A stretch of 63,035 bases of DNA, filler included, from Globobulimina sp. (lineage: Eukaryota): NCBI GenBank assembly GCA_003354225.1. It is 54 parts of 54 records of this genome, joined end to end, with 100 filler letters (N's around TTAATTAATTAA, not from the genome) between each part and the next. Parts side by side here need not be neighbours in the genome. Positions count along the whole stretch, not along the records: positions 24,570 to 25,638 come from PIVH01024347.1; positions 25,739 to 26,807 come from PIVH01024348.1; positions 26,908 to 27,976 come from PIVH01024349.1; positions 28,077 to 29,145 come from PIVH01024350.1; positions 29,246 to 30,314 come from PIVH01024351.1; positions 30,415 to 31,483 come from PIVH01024352.1; positions 31,584 to 32,652 come from PIVH01024353.1; positions 32,753 to 33,821 come from PIVH01024354.1; 46 more parts are not named here. One strand, 5' to 3'. The notes below the pieces were generated by a model. The model was not told the DNA's origin. It did no database searches and was given only the letters and a program-made list of their open reading frames with translations. The translations under genes and the position numbers were made by a program. Shown piece by piece: positions 24,764 through 36,308 of the stretch; within the stretch, counting starts at the first letter, position 1, and each line of letters begins with the position of its first letter.

Positions 24764-25638
24764 ATGGCACAAGTAGACAAAAAGGAAGAAAATATGGACA
24801 CATTGAATCTTGGAAACGAGGGTACCATACAATTGTTGATTCAAACCGAGGGCCTTGGAGTCAAAGAGAAAGTAGTCTTTTCCGAGGAGATTGTTAAAAT
24901 AAACAGAAAAGGGAGGAGACAAAATCGATATCTCATGCTGACAAATTATGCAATGTATAATATAAAACCTAAACAATATCAAAAATCAAAACGGAGAGTG
25001 GCCATTCGAGATATCGGCATGTTAACCCTTTCTGCGATCAGTCCAGAATTTGCTATTCATGGTAATTTATGCAATAAGGAATAATCCGTACAAATATAAA
25101 ACACTTTAAATATTAATATATATAGTTCCATCTGAATATGATTATCATTATGAATCAAAGAATAAGGATAAAATTGCAGAATTATTCAAGCGATTATATG
25201 CAGAAGACACAAATAGTAAATTATTAGTCGTTTATTCGGAATTAAGACACTTGAAAGACATCATTCTCACAAAGACACTCTCGAAATTTGAGGTGCGTGT
25301 TTCTCATAATGTTTTTATTAATAATTATAATAATTGCGATTTTGCGATTATTTTATTTTGTGTAGAATCGGAACTCAAAGCATGCGATAAAAGAAACTAT
25401 GATTTCAATGAAGGATGTATTGGAAGAAATTGATCAGAATCAATATGAACCAGAAAGTACCTCAGATAGCAATGATATTATTGGACATAGTGATGACACG
25501 GAAGAAGATGAAGATAATCATTTTAAAAATTTAAACGGCGATCAAAAAGGTGATTGTTGATATTGTTTGCAATTCGAATTAACGCATACTGTACAGTTTA
25601 ATTAATTGATTATTAAAATGTTTAGTTAATACTATTAT
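24764..25638 (+). CDS. PH-domain (myosin-I TH1-like) protein, 5' exons; introns 25062-25125, 25293-25365, ~25550-25625
   Basis: EKVVFSEEIVKINRKGRRQNRYLMLTNYAMYNI...EFAIH|VPSEYDYHYES; GT-AG introns preserve frame. Confidence 0.8.
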
Positions 25639-25738
25639 NNNNNNNNNNNNNNNNNNNNNNNNNNNNNNNNNNNNNNNNNNNNTTAATTAATTAANNNNNN
25701 NNNNNNNNNNNNNNNNNNNNNNNNNNNNNNNNNNNNNN

Positions 25739-25844
25739 TACGCTTTGCCTGCCGTTTTAAATCAGACAAAGCATTGCTGTCTCCCTGTGATCCTGCCAGT
25801 AATAATCCATCCTGAACTCGACTAATCAAACTAAACAAAGACAT
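25739..25844 (-). CDS. SEC22: Longin R-SNARE Sec22, N-terminus (absent from ORF track)
   Basis: MSLFSLISRVQDGLLLAGSQGDSNALSDLKRQAKR resembles the Sec22 start (IARVxDGLPLA...KxQAK). Confidence 0.7.
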
Positions 25845-26320
25845 TACTTAAGCTTTAACATTGCACTCTCTTTTTTTTTTACTCGACAGTCTCGACACAC
25901 AATAGATAGTGGATACCCTCACATAGGGATGTGAATTTGAAATGAAATTCCGAAATAATGGAATGCTTAGTTTTGTAAATGCACTCTATTTTGTCAGTTT
26001 ATTGGGTTGTTATGATTTATTATAAAGTGCGAGAAGATATGAAACAACATGGCCGGGTTTGTATCGTGTTTCCCGTTCGGATTTTATTGGATTTTATTGG
26101 ATTTAGCTAATTTTGGACCAACTCGCTTTGTGGAATTTTATTTTATTGTCTAGCTTTGAGTGAAAAAATGCGACAGCACCGCTGGTCGTCACCATAATTG
26201 AACGGAAAATGATAAATCCTGTGTTATCACCAAGTTGTATACAAATCCGGTGTTAAATGTTAATGAACTTGATCCAAAAAACAGATATGTTTTTAGGACA
26301 TATTATGAATATCGATGCAT

Positions 26321-26410
26321 ATAGAAACAGCAAACCCAACACACACTTATTATAGAAACAGCAAACTTTCCATAGAATTGATAGAAACAGCAAACCCAAC
26401 ACACATTATT
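26321..26410. repeat. Short direct repeats
   Basis: ATAGAAACAGCAAAC occurs three times; copies 1 and 3 extend with CCAACACACA, 60 bp apart. Confidence 0.7.
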
Positions 26411-26907
26411 AGTTTTGACCATTATTAGTTGCAGTATGCACAAACAATATGTTGATGCGAGAATTTTTGAGATGATTAAAATTGTGGTCATTATTGTATT
26501 ATTTGCATCAACCAATTATTGCTACAGGCAATGCAATAAATATCCTTTATATATAACAGATAGTAAAAACATTTGTGCTTTCATTGATTATCCCTGCAAT
26601 AAGGATATTATGTAAAAAACAGTAAACTTTAGTAACCTTTTTTTTACCTTAAACTCACTTTCTAAAAATAAACATAAACAACAAGAAAAAGATGGATAAT
26701 AACAATAACAATTTCAACAAGAAAAAGATGGATAAAATGCCATCAGCATATTACTTTCCCTGTAGATTGGTTCGAAAGGATTACGTTTTAGTTTTACAGA
26801 TTTTTAANNNNNNNNNNNNNNNNNNNNNNNNNNNNNNNNNNNNNNNNNNNNTTAATTAATTAANNNNNNNNNNNNNNNNNNNNNNNNNNNNNNNNNNNNN
26901 NNNNNNN

Positions 26908-27144
26908 TTAACTTTAGGAATGTCTGTCTTTATTAACAGTGGATTTTCTTTATTAATACCATTAGATTTAATGACAAATGCAATCGCTGTATGGTTTATG
27001 TACAGTTTCAATAAAAATAAATGGAATATATGTGTTAAATATATATGTTGCTGTTGTTATTGTTGTATGTATAAAGAGGAATTTATAGTGTCCATGATAT
27101 CATTACATGGCAGGGCTTCTGGCAAAGAAACTGATGAAAGTTAA
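26908..27144 (+). CDS. C-terminus of a multi-pass (7TM/GPCR-like) protein
   Basis: LIPLDLMTNAIAVWFMYSF (last TM) followed by a Cys cluster CCCCYCC. Confidence 0.5.
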   Translation, partial: LTLGMSVFINSGFSLLIPLDLMTNAIAVWFMYSFNKNKWNICVKYICCCCYCCMYKEEFIVSMISLHGRASGKETDES

Positions 27145-27246
27145 AATATGTTGTATTGGTGGTTACTATTATATATATAGCTATTTGCTATTGTGTACAA
27201 ACCTCATTTTTATTAAATAAATAGTTGTAAAAGAACACAAAAATCA

Positions 27247-27976
27247 TCACAAAAACGCAAGCGACGATCTCCTCCTACACGACGACATTTTTGTTTTTTT
27301 AGAAGCTTTAATTATTATCCCCCCATCGGTTTTGCTCACATTTCGAGAAAATAACGCACTTAATGATGAACAACGAGGTCTGTATCTTCTCTCTTCCACA
27401 TCATTGATTTTTCTTTTTTTACTTTTCCGATGATTATCAGCCAGACTCTCCGGATGTTTTCGTTTCTTTTTCCTTTTATTTTTATTCCGCATTTGTTTCA
27501 ATTTATCCTTGTCTTTATTCTGCGTCGATTTATTTTTCACTCTTACTTTCTTTTTCCTCCTTTTTTTATCTCTTTTACTGTTCCTATTCTTTGTATTATT
27601 CCTTTTCAATTCGATAGTCCTCATCGCATCCACTGTTTTTTTGTATATTTCCTTTCTGTTCCTTGCAGTTTGCGGCGTTTCCTTTTGCTTTTCAATTCCG
27701 TTGTTATTTGGGTATGTATTGTCAGGTGGATTTGATGTGATGTTTAGATTTTGAGTTTGTTTGTTAATGAGGTCCAAATTTGTATTGATATCCGTTGAGT
27801 TGTTATCATTGTGTATAGACATGACAATATATGGTATATTGTGATTTTCGCATTCAATTTGTGTCATGTTAATATCCATGGGATTGCTGTCTATGATTTG
27901 TTCGTTATTGTTATTATCCGACAATATTTGTTGCTGTGGTTGAGATAGAATTAAATCATCATCTTCATCACCAATG
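27247..27976 (-). CDS. N/K-rich low-complexity hypothetical protein, 3' part
   Basis: At least 225 open codons with a basic tract. Confidence 0.5.
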
Positions 27977-28076
27977 NNNNNNNNNNNNNNNNNNNNNNNN
28001 NNNNNNNNNNNNNNNNNNNNTTAATTAATTAANNNNNNNNNNNNNNNNNNNNNNNNNNNNNNNNNNNNNNNNNNNN

Positions 28077-28313
28077 ACATAGATCATCACATGTGTTTGC
28101 TAACCAATTCTGATATTCGGTGCTGTTTCGAAGCATATGATCTTTGGATATAATTAATTTTTTGGCTGCTTCACTATTGAAAGTATTCGTTAATTGTGGA
28201 CTCACAAAAAATACTTGAATCAATAGACCTACGCCAACTATGTATAATGCAATCTCTAACACCAAAAGAAATCGTTTTCTTGATTTCGGTGTATAGGTTG
28301 TTTTGCGAAACAT
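28077..28313 (-). CDS. N-terminus of a membrane-anchored protein (CD36-like layout)
   Basis: N-terminal TM followed by NSTEYQNWL; truncated. Confidence 0.35.
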
Positions 28314-29328
28314 GATTAAAAGATGTTATCAAAAGTTTTTCAACTAGAGGTTTTTATGAAGAATTGAATCAAGGTTTCAAGGTTTCAAGGTTTATAGGTC
28401 GGCAAAATCCCGTTATGTTTCTTTCATTTCGGATCTGTAGTGAAAATATTGATCAAACCTAAAAACATAAAAACCTCTGCGATAAATGCAGTTCTTTCAT
28501 TATATAATTATCAGTCCGACAAAAATAATTAAAATATTATAATCTGTTATCTTTCTTGTTGAGTATATTGCTCTGCTTGAAGTTGAACTGCATTTCAAAC
28601 TCATATTTGCATACATTTACATCCTGATTCTGGTCCATTTCATCGAAAGTTATCCCTAATTGTTTGAACATAGCGCTATATTCCTCAGGAATTGACTGTA
28701 GAAATTTTGAAATTCTGCTAGAGAGAGATGCATCAAAAAAAGATTTGATTGGTGGAAGGGTGCTATTGTTAGCAGGAAATGTGAAAATATCGTTATATTC
28801 GTAAATGAAATGATTGTCTGACATAACATGCAGATATAACAACAAAACGACTGCATTCACTGCGTAGTTGAACATTTTCAAGCTTGACTAAAAAACGTTT
28901 GGAGTGGTAGGATATCATGGCAACAATAGTATGCAATGTTCAGTTAGTTTCAGGAAGGAATACGTTTGAAACAATTCAACATTCAAATACACGATGCAAG
29001 AAATTCCACCTCTAACTTATCGATCTCCGCCTTTCCAATAATATTCATCCAACAAACCGAACAAGTTGATTGTGTGTGCGTACAATTCATACTGAATCCA
29101 AATATCTGCTCAAAATCCTCATCATTGAATGTTCCTTTTTGTGCCNNNNNNNNNNNNNNNNNNNNNNNNNNNNNNNNNNNNNNNNNNNNTTAATTAATTA
29201 ANNNNNNNNNNNNNNNNNNNNNNNNNNNNNNNNNNNNNNNNNNNNAATAATCTTAACGGTTTACACCTAAACAAACGAATTTATTTTATATAATAATAAC
29301 AGCACACTAAAACATAGCCGCTGTTTCC

Positions 29329-29344
29329 CGGGACTTTGTTTGCA
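29329..29344 (+). promoter_or_regulatory. Possible sigma-54 (-24/-12) promoter
   Basis: cGGgACtttgtTTGCA has GG-N10-GC spacing; imperfect match to TGGCAC-N5-TTGCW. Confidence 0.3.
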
Positions 29345-29514
29345 TTTGTTGCATCATGTTCCTTTTTTCATGAAACATGGAAAAAGGCGTAAGTCCATGT
29401 CAACCGCTGCAAACGAACCATAAAGACCCAAACAGCCGGCTGATTACCGAAAGGGGGTGATAGTCCGGGATCGATGCTACTGATGAAATTATCTTACTAT
29501 TAACTAAAAATTTT

Positions 29515-29519
29515 GGAGG
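29515..29519 (+). promoter_or_regulatory. Shine-Dalgarno site
   Basis: GGAGG 7 nt upstream of ATG 29527. Confidence 0.85.
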
Positions 29520-29526
29520 AAAAAAG

Positions 29527-30314
29527 ATGACGAAAAAAATATTAGCTATCGCTGTCGTTGCAGTGTGCTTTATTGCATTTGCAATTCCGGCATCAGCACT
29601 TGAAAATGAATTTGGCGGATATTGGCGGACAAGAGCCTACACACAGACTAATTTTACCGGGGAAGATGAGACTGAAACTAACGATGTATCCCAGGTTGAT
29701 ACCCGAACCCGTCTGTACTACACAGCAATCATCAATGACAGCTTGAAACTGGTTAACAAGTTTGAAATGGATGCCACATTTGGTGATGAGAATAGAGGCG
29801 ACATCGGCGCTGACGATGTGAGTATTGAAATTAAAAATACTTATGCAGACTTTACGATTGGCCAGGTAAACACCAAAGTCGGTACACAGGCTTGGAAAAT
29901 TTCACGGGGTTTCCTTTTTGATGATGATTTTTCCGGTCTGGTTATAAAGTATATGGAAGATTCATATGATGTTGAATTTGCATGGGTAAAAGCCTATGAA
30001 GGTGGTATGGGCGGTAAAGACTACAACGATTATGATGTTGATTACTATGTTTTAAACTCTACAATGAAAATGGATGATATTACCCTAAGACCCTATTACT
30101 TCGGCGTTTGGTCAGACGACGTTTCCAATTGGGCAAGAAATCCTATAGGTGGAAGCAGTGATGCTGAAGAGCTTATGTTGCACTTCATAGGTGTTGATGT
30201 GGATTCAAAAATGGATGAGCTCACTGTATTTTTTACCGGTATTTACCAGATCGGTTCTGTTGACTGGCAGGAATCTGCTGGTGGCGGAGATTCCGACATT
30301 GCCGGTTTCTGTGT
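29527..30314 (+). CDS. Bacterial outer-membrane beta-barrel porin, Desulfobacterales-like, partial
   Basis: Sec signal peptide ending ASA; LENEFGGYWRTRAY, VDTRTRLYYTA, LVNKFEMDA, DIGAD, FLFDDDFSG amphipathic strands; SD site; no introns. Taxon is an inference. Confidence 0.8.
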
Positions 30315-30550
30315 NNNNNNNNNNNNNNNNNNNNNNNNNNNNNNNNNNNNNNNNNNNNTTAATTAATTAANNNNNNNNNNNNNNNNNNNNNNNNNNNNNN
30401 NNNNNNNNNNNNNNTGTTTTATAATAATATACTTGCGCAAGAAATAAAAACAGCGATTGTATATAAAATTATATGGTTGTTCTAGTTTATTATCAATACT
30501 AACATAGAAAAAAAAATAACACAACCACAACCTACTGATTTACGAATTAA

Positions 30551-31483
30551 TTACATTGAGAAAGTATCACCAAATCTAAATGTATATATTTGATCACAAG
30601 GCACTGCTATCTCATCAATTGTATCGTTTGTAACATATTCGACCGCATTCATATCCAATAAACTATCATTATCCGAACGATTCTCAATATTATCCAATAT
30701 AACATCATCATAAACATTCTGATCATGAATTGACCTCTTTTCACCTAAATCCATTCCAACAGTATTTGTATTTGATGGCAACACAATATCATTACGTTCA
30801 CCATATGCATTACAATCATTATTTTCAGTTTGTTTCCTCACATTGCCCATAATATTCGCTTCAAAGTCATTCTCGTCCATAAGTGCATTGATTGCATTCA
30901 CAATATCATTATCCATCACATTCTCTTTATTCTCATCATTTTCATTTTCCACTGCATTCATTTCAATTTCTGGAGCATTGTTAGCGTTATGATTAACTTT
31001 TGCTTTCCTGTAATAAACAACGCCAACAATTCCTATTATAAACAAAACAATCAATATAAAGAGAATAATGATGCTTGCAACGACTGCATCATTTCCATTT
31101 TGAGTGATTTGTTTGTCTCTAAAATGAGGTGTTTCTGTAGTTTGAGGTGTAACATTTTGCGGAGCCATAACTTGAATTAATACTGCTTCAAAATTATCAG
31201 TTAATAAGTTTCTTCGTCTTTGTCTTTTATCGATCATATTCTCCAATGCTTGGTTCATTTGATCAGTTACTTCTTTTTTGAATTTGTTTGAAAGCATAAC
31301 ACCAATTAAATATTCTTGATATTCATCCAATTCTCGCTCAGCAATCATATCAAAGGTACCAACTGCAGAAAAGTCCGCATTTACATCCTTTTCATCAGAA
31401 TCTGAGTCTTCTTGGTAAGCTGAACAATTTTGTTTTAAATCAACACTCGTAAAAATAGAACAAATCTCAAAATGAGAAATTCC
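30551..31483 (-). CDS. Single-pass membrane protein, C-terminal part with acidic cytoplasmic tail
   Basis: TM AVVASIIILFILIVLFIIGIVGVVYY followed by RK stop-transfer. Confidence 0.7.
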   Translation of the reverse strand, partial: GISHFEICSIFTSVDLKQNCSAYQEDSDSDEKDVNADFSAVGTFDMIAERELDEYQEYLIGVMLSNKFKKEVTDQMNQALENMIDKRQRRRNLLTDNFEAVLIQVMAPQNVTPQTTETPHFRDKQITQNGNDAVVASIIILFILIVLFIIGIVGVVYYRKAKVNHNANNAPEIEMNAVENENDENKENVMDNDIVNAINALMDENDFEANIMGNVRKQTENNDCNAYGERNDIVLPSNTNTVGMDLGEKRSIHDQNVYDDVILDNIENRSDNDSLLDMNAVEYVTNDTIDEIAVPCDQIYTFRFGDTFSM

Positions 31484-31686
31484 NNNNNNNNNNNNNNNNN
31501 NNNNNNNNNNNNNNNNNNNNNNNNNNNTTAATTAATTAANNNNNNNNNNNNNNNNNNNNNNNNNNNNNNNNNNNNNNNNNNNNTCACTTCAAAAAAACGT
31601 TTTGGAACCGGCGATCACTTCAAAAAAAAGTTGATAATGTCCGCTACAGTATCTCCAAATCCTTGCACATGTACAACATATATAAG

Positions 31687-32652
31687 TTATTCTAAGCTTA
31701 AAGTTGCCTGTTTATGTTCATCAAACCCCCGATGCATATAATCACAATGAACGAACGCTCTTTCCACATACTCAAACTGTTCGATTTTATGCTGCAATTC
31801 CATACAAACATCGTGCGTCACTTCGAGTGTAATGTCTTTCGACATAATCATCTCAACTTCGACCAATATATTCCTCCCAACATGATATCCCACCAACACA
31901 TCCAAACTCGCATACGGGTGATGATTCTCACAAATTATTCTCAACTCATCCAAACTGCCATCATCAGCTCTGCGACCCACCAATTTTTTCACCTCGTCCT
32001 TCCCCGTCCCATACCAGCTCCAAATGATCCACAACGAGATAATAATTGCACCGACGGGATCTAACCATGATAAATTTGCAAAAAAGCCACTGATAATCAG
32101 TGCAATCAACGCAACCATATTGCTGCCCACATCGTTCATATGGTCCTGCGCTAAGGCTTTGCCAATGGGATTGTTTGAAAACTGTCTGCAGTATAACCAT
32201 AGCAGAAATTTTAAAAATATGACACTCGCCAACAGTGAAACGCCAACCACCGACCAGGTAACAGCATGACTTTGCTGTACCAGCGCCTGTACTGATTCTC
32301 GTATCACAGAAACACTTAACATTATCATTAAGACAGAAACAGTTAATATTCCAACTGGCTCCAACCGGGTTTTACCCACTGGGTATTTTAAATCATTTCG
32401 TTTGCTAACTTTCCGATTGGTTAACCATATAATAAATTGTGACAAAATATCTAACACAGAATCCACTAATGAGGCGATCACGGCATAGGAGAAAGTCACT
32501 ACAAAGGCAATTATTTTAGAGACTAATAATAAGAGATTAATCAATAAGGATAGATTTACGGCTAAGGTTACGGAATGGATTGAATTGATATCTGAATTAC
32601 TATCTGTTTCAGAGTTTTTCTCTTCTTTTATTTCCGGCGCGGCTGTGTCAAA
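31687..32652 (-). CDS. Cation diffusion facilitator, Mn-type (MTP8-11-like), partial
   Basis: ASLVDSVLD, YPVGKTRLEPVG, AQDHMNDV, LDPVGA, VERAFVHCD; DxxxD motifs in TM2 and TM5. Confidence 0.93.
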   Translation of the reverse strand, partial: FDTAAPEIKEEKNSETDSNSDINSIHSVTLAVNLSLLINLLLLVSKIIAFVVTFSYAVIASLVDSVLDILSQFIIWLTNRKVSKRNDLKYPVGKTRLEPVGILTVSVLMIMLSVSVIRESVQALVQQSHAVTWSVVGVSLLASVIFLKFLLWLYCRQFSNNPIGKALAQDHMNDVGSNMVALIALIISGFFANLSWLDPVGAIIISLWIIWSWYGTGKDEVKKLVGRRADDGSLDELRIICENHHPYASLDVLVGYHVGRNILVEVEMIMSKDITLEVTHDVCMELQHKIEQFEYVERAFVHCDYMHRGFDEHKQATLSLE

Positions 32653-33154
32653 NNNNNNNNNNNNNNNNNNNNNNNNNNNNNNNNNNNNNNNNNNNNTTAA
32701 TTAATTAANNNNNNNNNNNNNNNNNNNNNNNNNNNNNNNNNNNNNNNNNNNNCAATGACGTTCAAAAGATATTTAAAATGCAAGAAATTGATTTATTAAA
32801 ATTAAAAATGTTTTTGTATTTTGTAAAAACAATTTGTTCAAATTAAAACTGTTTTAGGATAGTTAATTTTTATCTTATTTTAATTATTTTTTTTCGTTTT
32901 TGAAGTTATGATGTGCTATTTCTTTGTTTATGTTTATTTATTATTTTGTATTTTCAATTGTTACGTAACTGCACATTACGTTGACATCTTAGCAAACGAA
33001 AACAATTGAAACAATGTTGCGGTATTTATACTCTGCAGGTGGCGGTATTTGTAATTTATCGCACGCTTCAGTCGTAGCAACAAATGTTTCATGTTTGAAA
33101 TAAGACAATATAATTATCGGAGAAACACAAATTAAAATCAAATTGCGCAAATAT

Positions 33155-33821
33155 TCACAAATCATAGGTTTCTTTTGTTGTAATCGCAGAATTAAGAAAT
33201 TGTTTGAGTTTTATTTGATATTTTGCTGGAAATTTGGCAATATGTGCTTTAATAACTTGTTGCAATTCAGTTTGATGCAAATATTGAAAATGCTTTATAT
33301 TTAGTTGTAATCCATTATTTAATATAAAATATTTTATTGATAAAATAATTGAACAATATGCCTCATCAAACCTTTTAAGTATTGGATGCAAACATAATTG
33401 CATTCGTTCCGCATACAATTGGGAGCATTCAAAATCACCATCAAAATACTTTTTATTTATTTCAATTAATTTCATATTTTCTTTTAATTTTTCCTTCAAT
33501 TCAATCTCCATATTTTTGCTCTCCTCTTCAACACCAAAATATGTATCAATTAACTCTTGATATTCCACATTAATTTCATCAAAATTATCATTTATTTCCT
33601 TACATAAATTACATTCACAATAAAATGCATATTTTTTTATAATATATTCTCTCCGTTCCATTTTTGTTTGATATTTGTTATGAGAAATATAATTACCACT
33701 TATTTCTTCATTTTTGTTAATATCTCTCACAGCAACAACACATTGTTCTTTTTTATTTTCATTCCAATACCACAATGCATTCGGTTTACAGCTATGATTT
33801 ATGCGACAAATTGAAGCAAAT
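33155..33821 (-). CDS. SET-domain (SMYD-like) lysine methyltransferase, 3' part
   Basis: Upstream frame ICRINHSCKPNA, then AVRDINKNEEISGNY and post-SET YAFYCECNLC. Confidence 0.88.
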
Positions 33822-33964
33822 NNNNNNNNNNNNNNNNNNNNNNNNNNNNNNNNNNNNNNNNNNNNTTAATTAATTAANNNNNNNNNNNNNNNNNNNNNNN
33901 NNNNNNNNNNNNNNNNNNNNNCAGCTTTATTCATTTGGGGTTGTACAACAATTTCTCACACTCA

Positions 33965-34642
33965 TCATGAAATAAACCGCAGCGCAACCGACTTATTTGC
34001 ACGAATGGCCGGCCCTGTGTTGTCAACCAATAAATAATCGCGTTTCAATGTTACAAACACATGCTCAGCTACGGCAGGTAGAAAACCAGGATTTCGGTAA
34101 AATAGAAATCTTTGTAAAGTTTCCAATGAATTACCATTCATGACCGCTGGCATGAGGAAAATATAGCTAGCATTTTTGCGAATCGTGCGCATAGAATCAC
34201 CGCCTTTTTGCATGTCTTGTGTTAGAAACCAACATTGAGTGCCCGATCCACTGCCAGCGTGATGACAGAGAACAGTGAACAATCTTTCTATACAATTATC
34301 TTTCAAACCAACTTTGTTAGCCATATCATCAATAATAACAATCTGACTTTCGTCATCTGCCAAAGGTCCTAATTTTGACAAGTTAGCCTCGTTTGGAGCT
34401 TCTTGAAAGAAGCTTACTTCACATTCTGATGATGAAAGTTCATCATAAATATCGCGGTACATTTTCTGCCATGTGTCAAAACATATTATTACACGTTTCA
34501 GTTTAGGTCTGGCAGGGCAAATCGATTTTGACCAATTAAGCAAAGCTTTTTTGACCAGTGTAGATTTACCACTGCAAGATGGCCCGATAACCATCACTGA
34601 ACTAGGGAACGATAAATAGAAGTTGTCAACCTGTTCATACAT
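33965..34642 (-). CDS. Polinton/Maverick (adintovirus-like) A32/FtsK-type DNA-packaging ATPase
   Basis: Walker A GPSCSGKST, Walker B IVIIDD, LFTVLCHH, FLTQD, RTIRKNASY, YLLVD; intronless; AATAAA downstream (33926-33931). Confidence 0.85.
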   Translation of the reverse strand: MYEQVDNFYLSFPSSVMVIGPSCSGKSTLVKKALLNWSKSICPARPKLKRVIICFDTWQKMYRDIYDELSSSECEVSFFQEAPNEANLSKLGPLADDESQIVIIDDMANKVGLKDNCIERLFTVLCHHAGSGSGTQCWFLTQDMQKGGDSMRTIRKNASYIFLMPAVMNGNSLETLQRFLFYRNPGFLPAVAEHVFVTLKRDYLLVDNTGPAIRANKSVALRFIS

Positions 34643-34677
34643 GTTTACAAAACAACAATGAAAAGTTTTCTCCTTTT

Positions 34678-34990
34678 TTATACTTTTCGATCTTGCAACA
34701 TTTGTTTATACTGTTTGCATGTCTGTTTTTCGGCTTTATTTCTCAGTTTACTGCAATCAATCCATGGGCTGTTCAACTTGATCACAGACCCAAAATTTTC
34801 GTTAAACCAATTTAGAACTTGTTGATCAGATAAAATTTGTGTTGTGTTAGGCAATTGTTTCAAAATTGTTTCCATATCCAACCCAGCGCTCAACCAATGA
34901 CCCCAGTACAAACACCACAATCCACACACAGTTGTATACTTTGACTGGATAGCGCGAGGCAAAGTTTTGTAATCACCCCCTGTAACTTCT
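34678..34990 (-). CDS. Adenain-like cysteine protease (Polinton PRO), C-terminal part
   Basis: IQSKYTTVCGLWCLYW matches the Q-x6-CG-x-[YWF]-C catalytic motif; lies 35 bp upstream of the ATPase. Confidence 0.8.
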
Positions 34991-35090
34991 NNNNNNNNNN
35001 NNNNNNNNNNNNNNNNNNNNNNNNNNNNNNNNNNTTAATTAATTAANNNNNNNNNNNNNNNNNNNNNNNNNNNNNNNNNNNNNNNNNNNN

Positions 35091-36159
35091 ACAAGGAGAT
35101 GGTCCCAATATTGTGAAAGAATTGCTGTTGATCCAGCTGGATCTTGTAACCAAAAAATAGAATGTAACATACGATTTCCATTAATATCCATTGTTAAATT
35201 GCTCATATCATCTAAATTAATTATCAATGTTTTCTTACTTGCTAATCTTTTCAATAATCTCAACGTAGAAAAATGATATATTGAATATGATGGAACTAAA
35301 GGTTGTAGCGCAAAAATCCATCCCAAATCATCAACATCAACTGCATTTGATTTCAATTCTAATGCAGTCAAATCATCATTCTGATATTCTTTTTTTAATA
35401 TGATAATTTTTTTCACTTCGGGATGGATAATTTGTTTTTCATCTTCATCGTCTGAATCTGTGTTATAATTAAAATACTGATCATATCGTTTTTGTTTTTG
35501 TAAACTTTTAATTTTTTTTGTTTGGTTCAATGAATGAAGAGATCCACTATAATTTCCATACATATGTATTTCACTCACTTCGTTTTGCATTGCATCATCA
35601 AACATTTTTCTGGGTTGATTGTTAAATTTAATATTATCTCGCTCTACTGAACGAATGCAACCTTTTATTGCTCTTTTAATATGTATACATGGATATTTTA
35701 TAGGGATCATTGCAATGCCTTTAGTATATTATATAATCATTACAATTGCAATGAAAAAAATGAAATTATATATTAATTACCTGCATGGCTATGCTCGATT
35801 AATTCTTGAACACTGAGGAAACCTTCAAACAATGTGACACATTGATCATTTCTATGTGAGCAATGAAATGTTAATTTCAAATCCCATTTATCAATACGTT
35901 GATGTTCTGAATAAGGATATCCTGATTTGCCAATTCTTAAAACTACCTGAGGAAACGATTTTTGGAATTTTTTTGAATTTCGAATCTTAATCAATAATCT
36001 CTGAGCAGATTGTGTATGGTCTCCTTTCCAATCCCATGAATATGTTTCTAATTTATTTTCATGTTCTTCATATTCAATGTCAAATACATTTTGTTTTAAC
36101 CAATTTGATGATATCTCAACCAAAATACCATCATACGGCCATAATGGTCCTGAATAGTT
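35091..36159 (-). CDS. Hypothetical protein, partial; intron 35719-35780 joins two track ORFs
   Basis: 62-bp GT-AG intron fuses ...HSHAG|IAMIPIKYP in frame. Confidence 0.65.
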
Positions 36160-36308
36160 NNNNNNNNNNNNNNNNNNNNNNNNNNNNNNNNNNNNNNNNN
36201 NNNTTAATTAATTAANNNNNNNNNNNNNNNNNNNNNNNNNNNNNNNNNNNNNNNNNNNNATTTCTTTGTATTAACAACTTCAGATTCAAATCGTTATTAT
36301 TTCGTGAA

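Noticed and set aside
29380-29480. c-di-GMP-I riboswitch in the porin leader
   Set aside because: A GAAA-containing hairpin is present, but the GGCAAA / GACGCAAA two-stem consensus is not.
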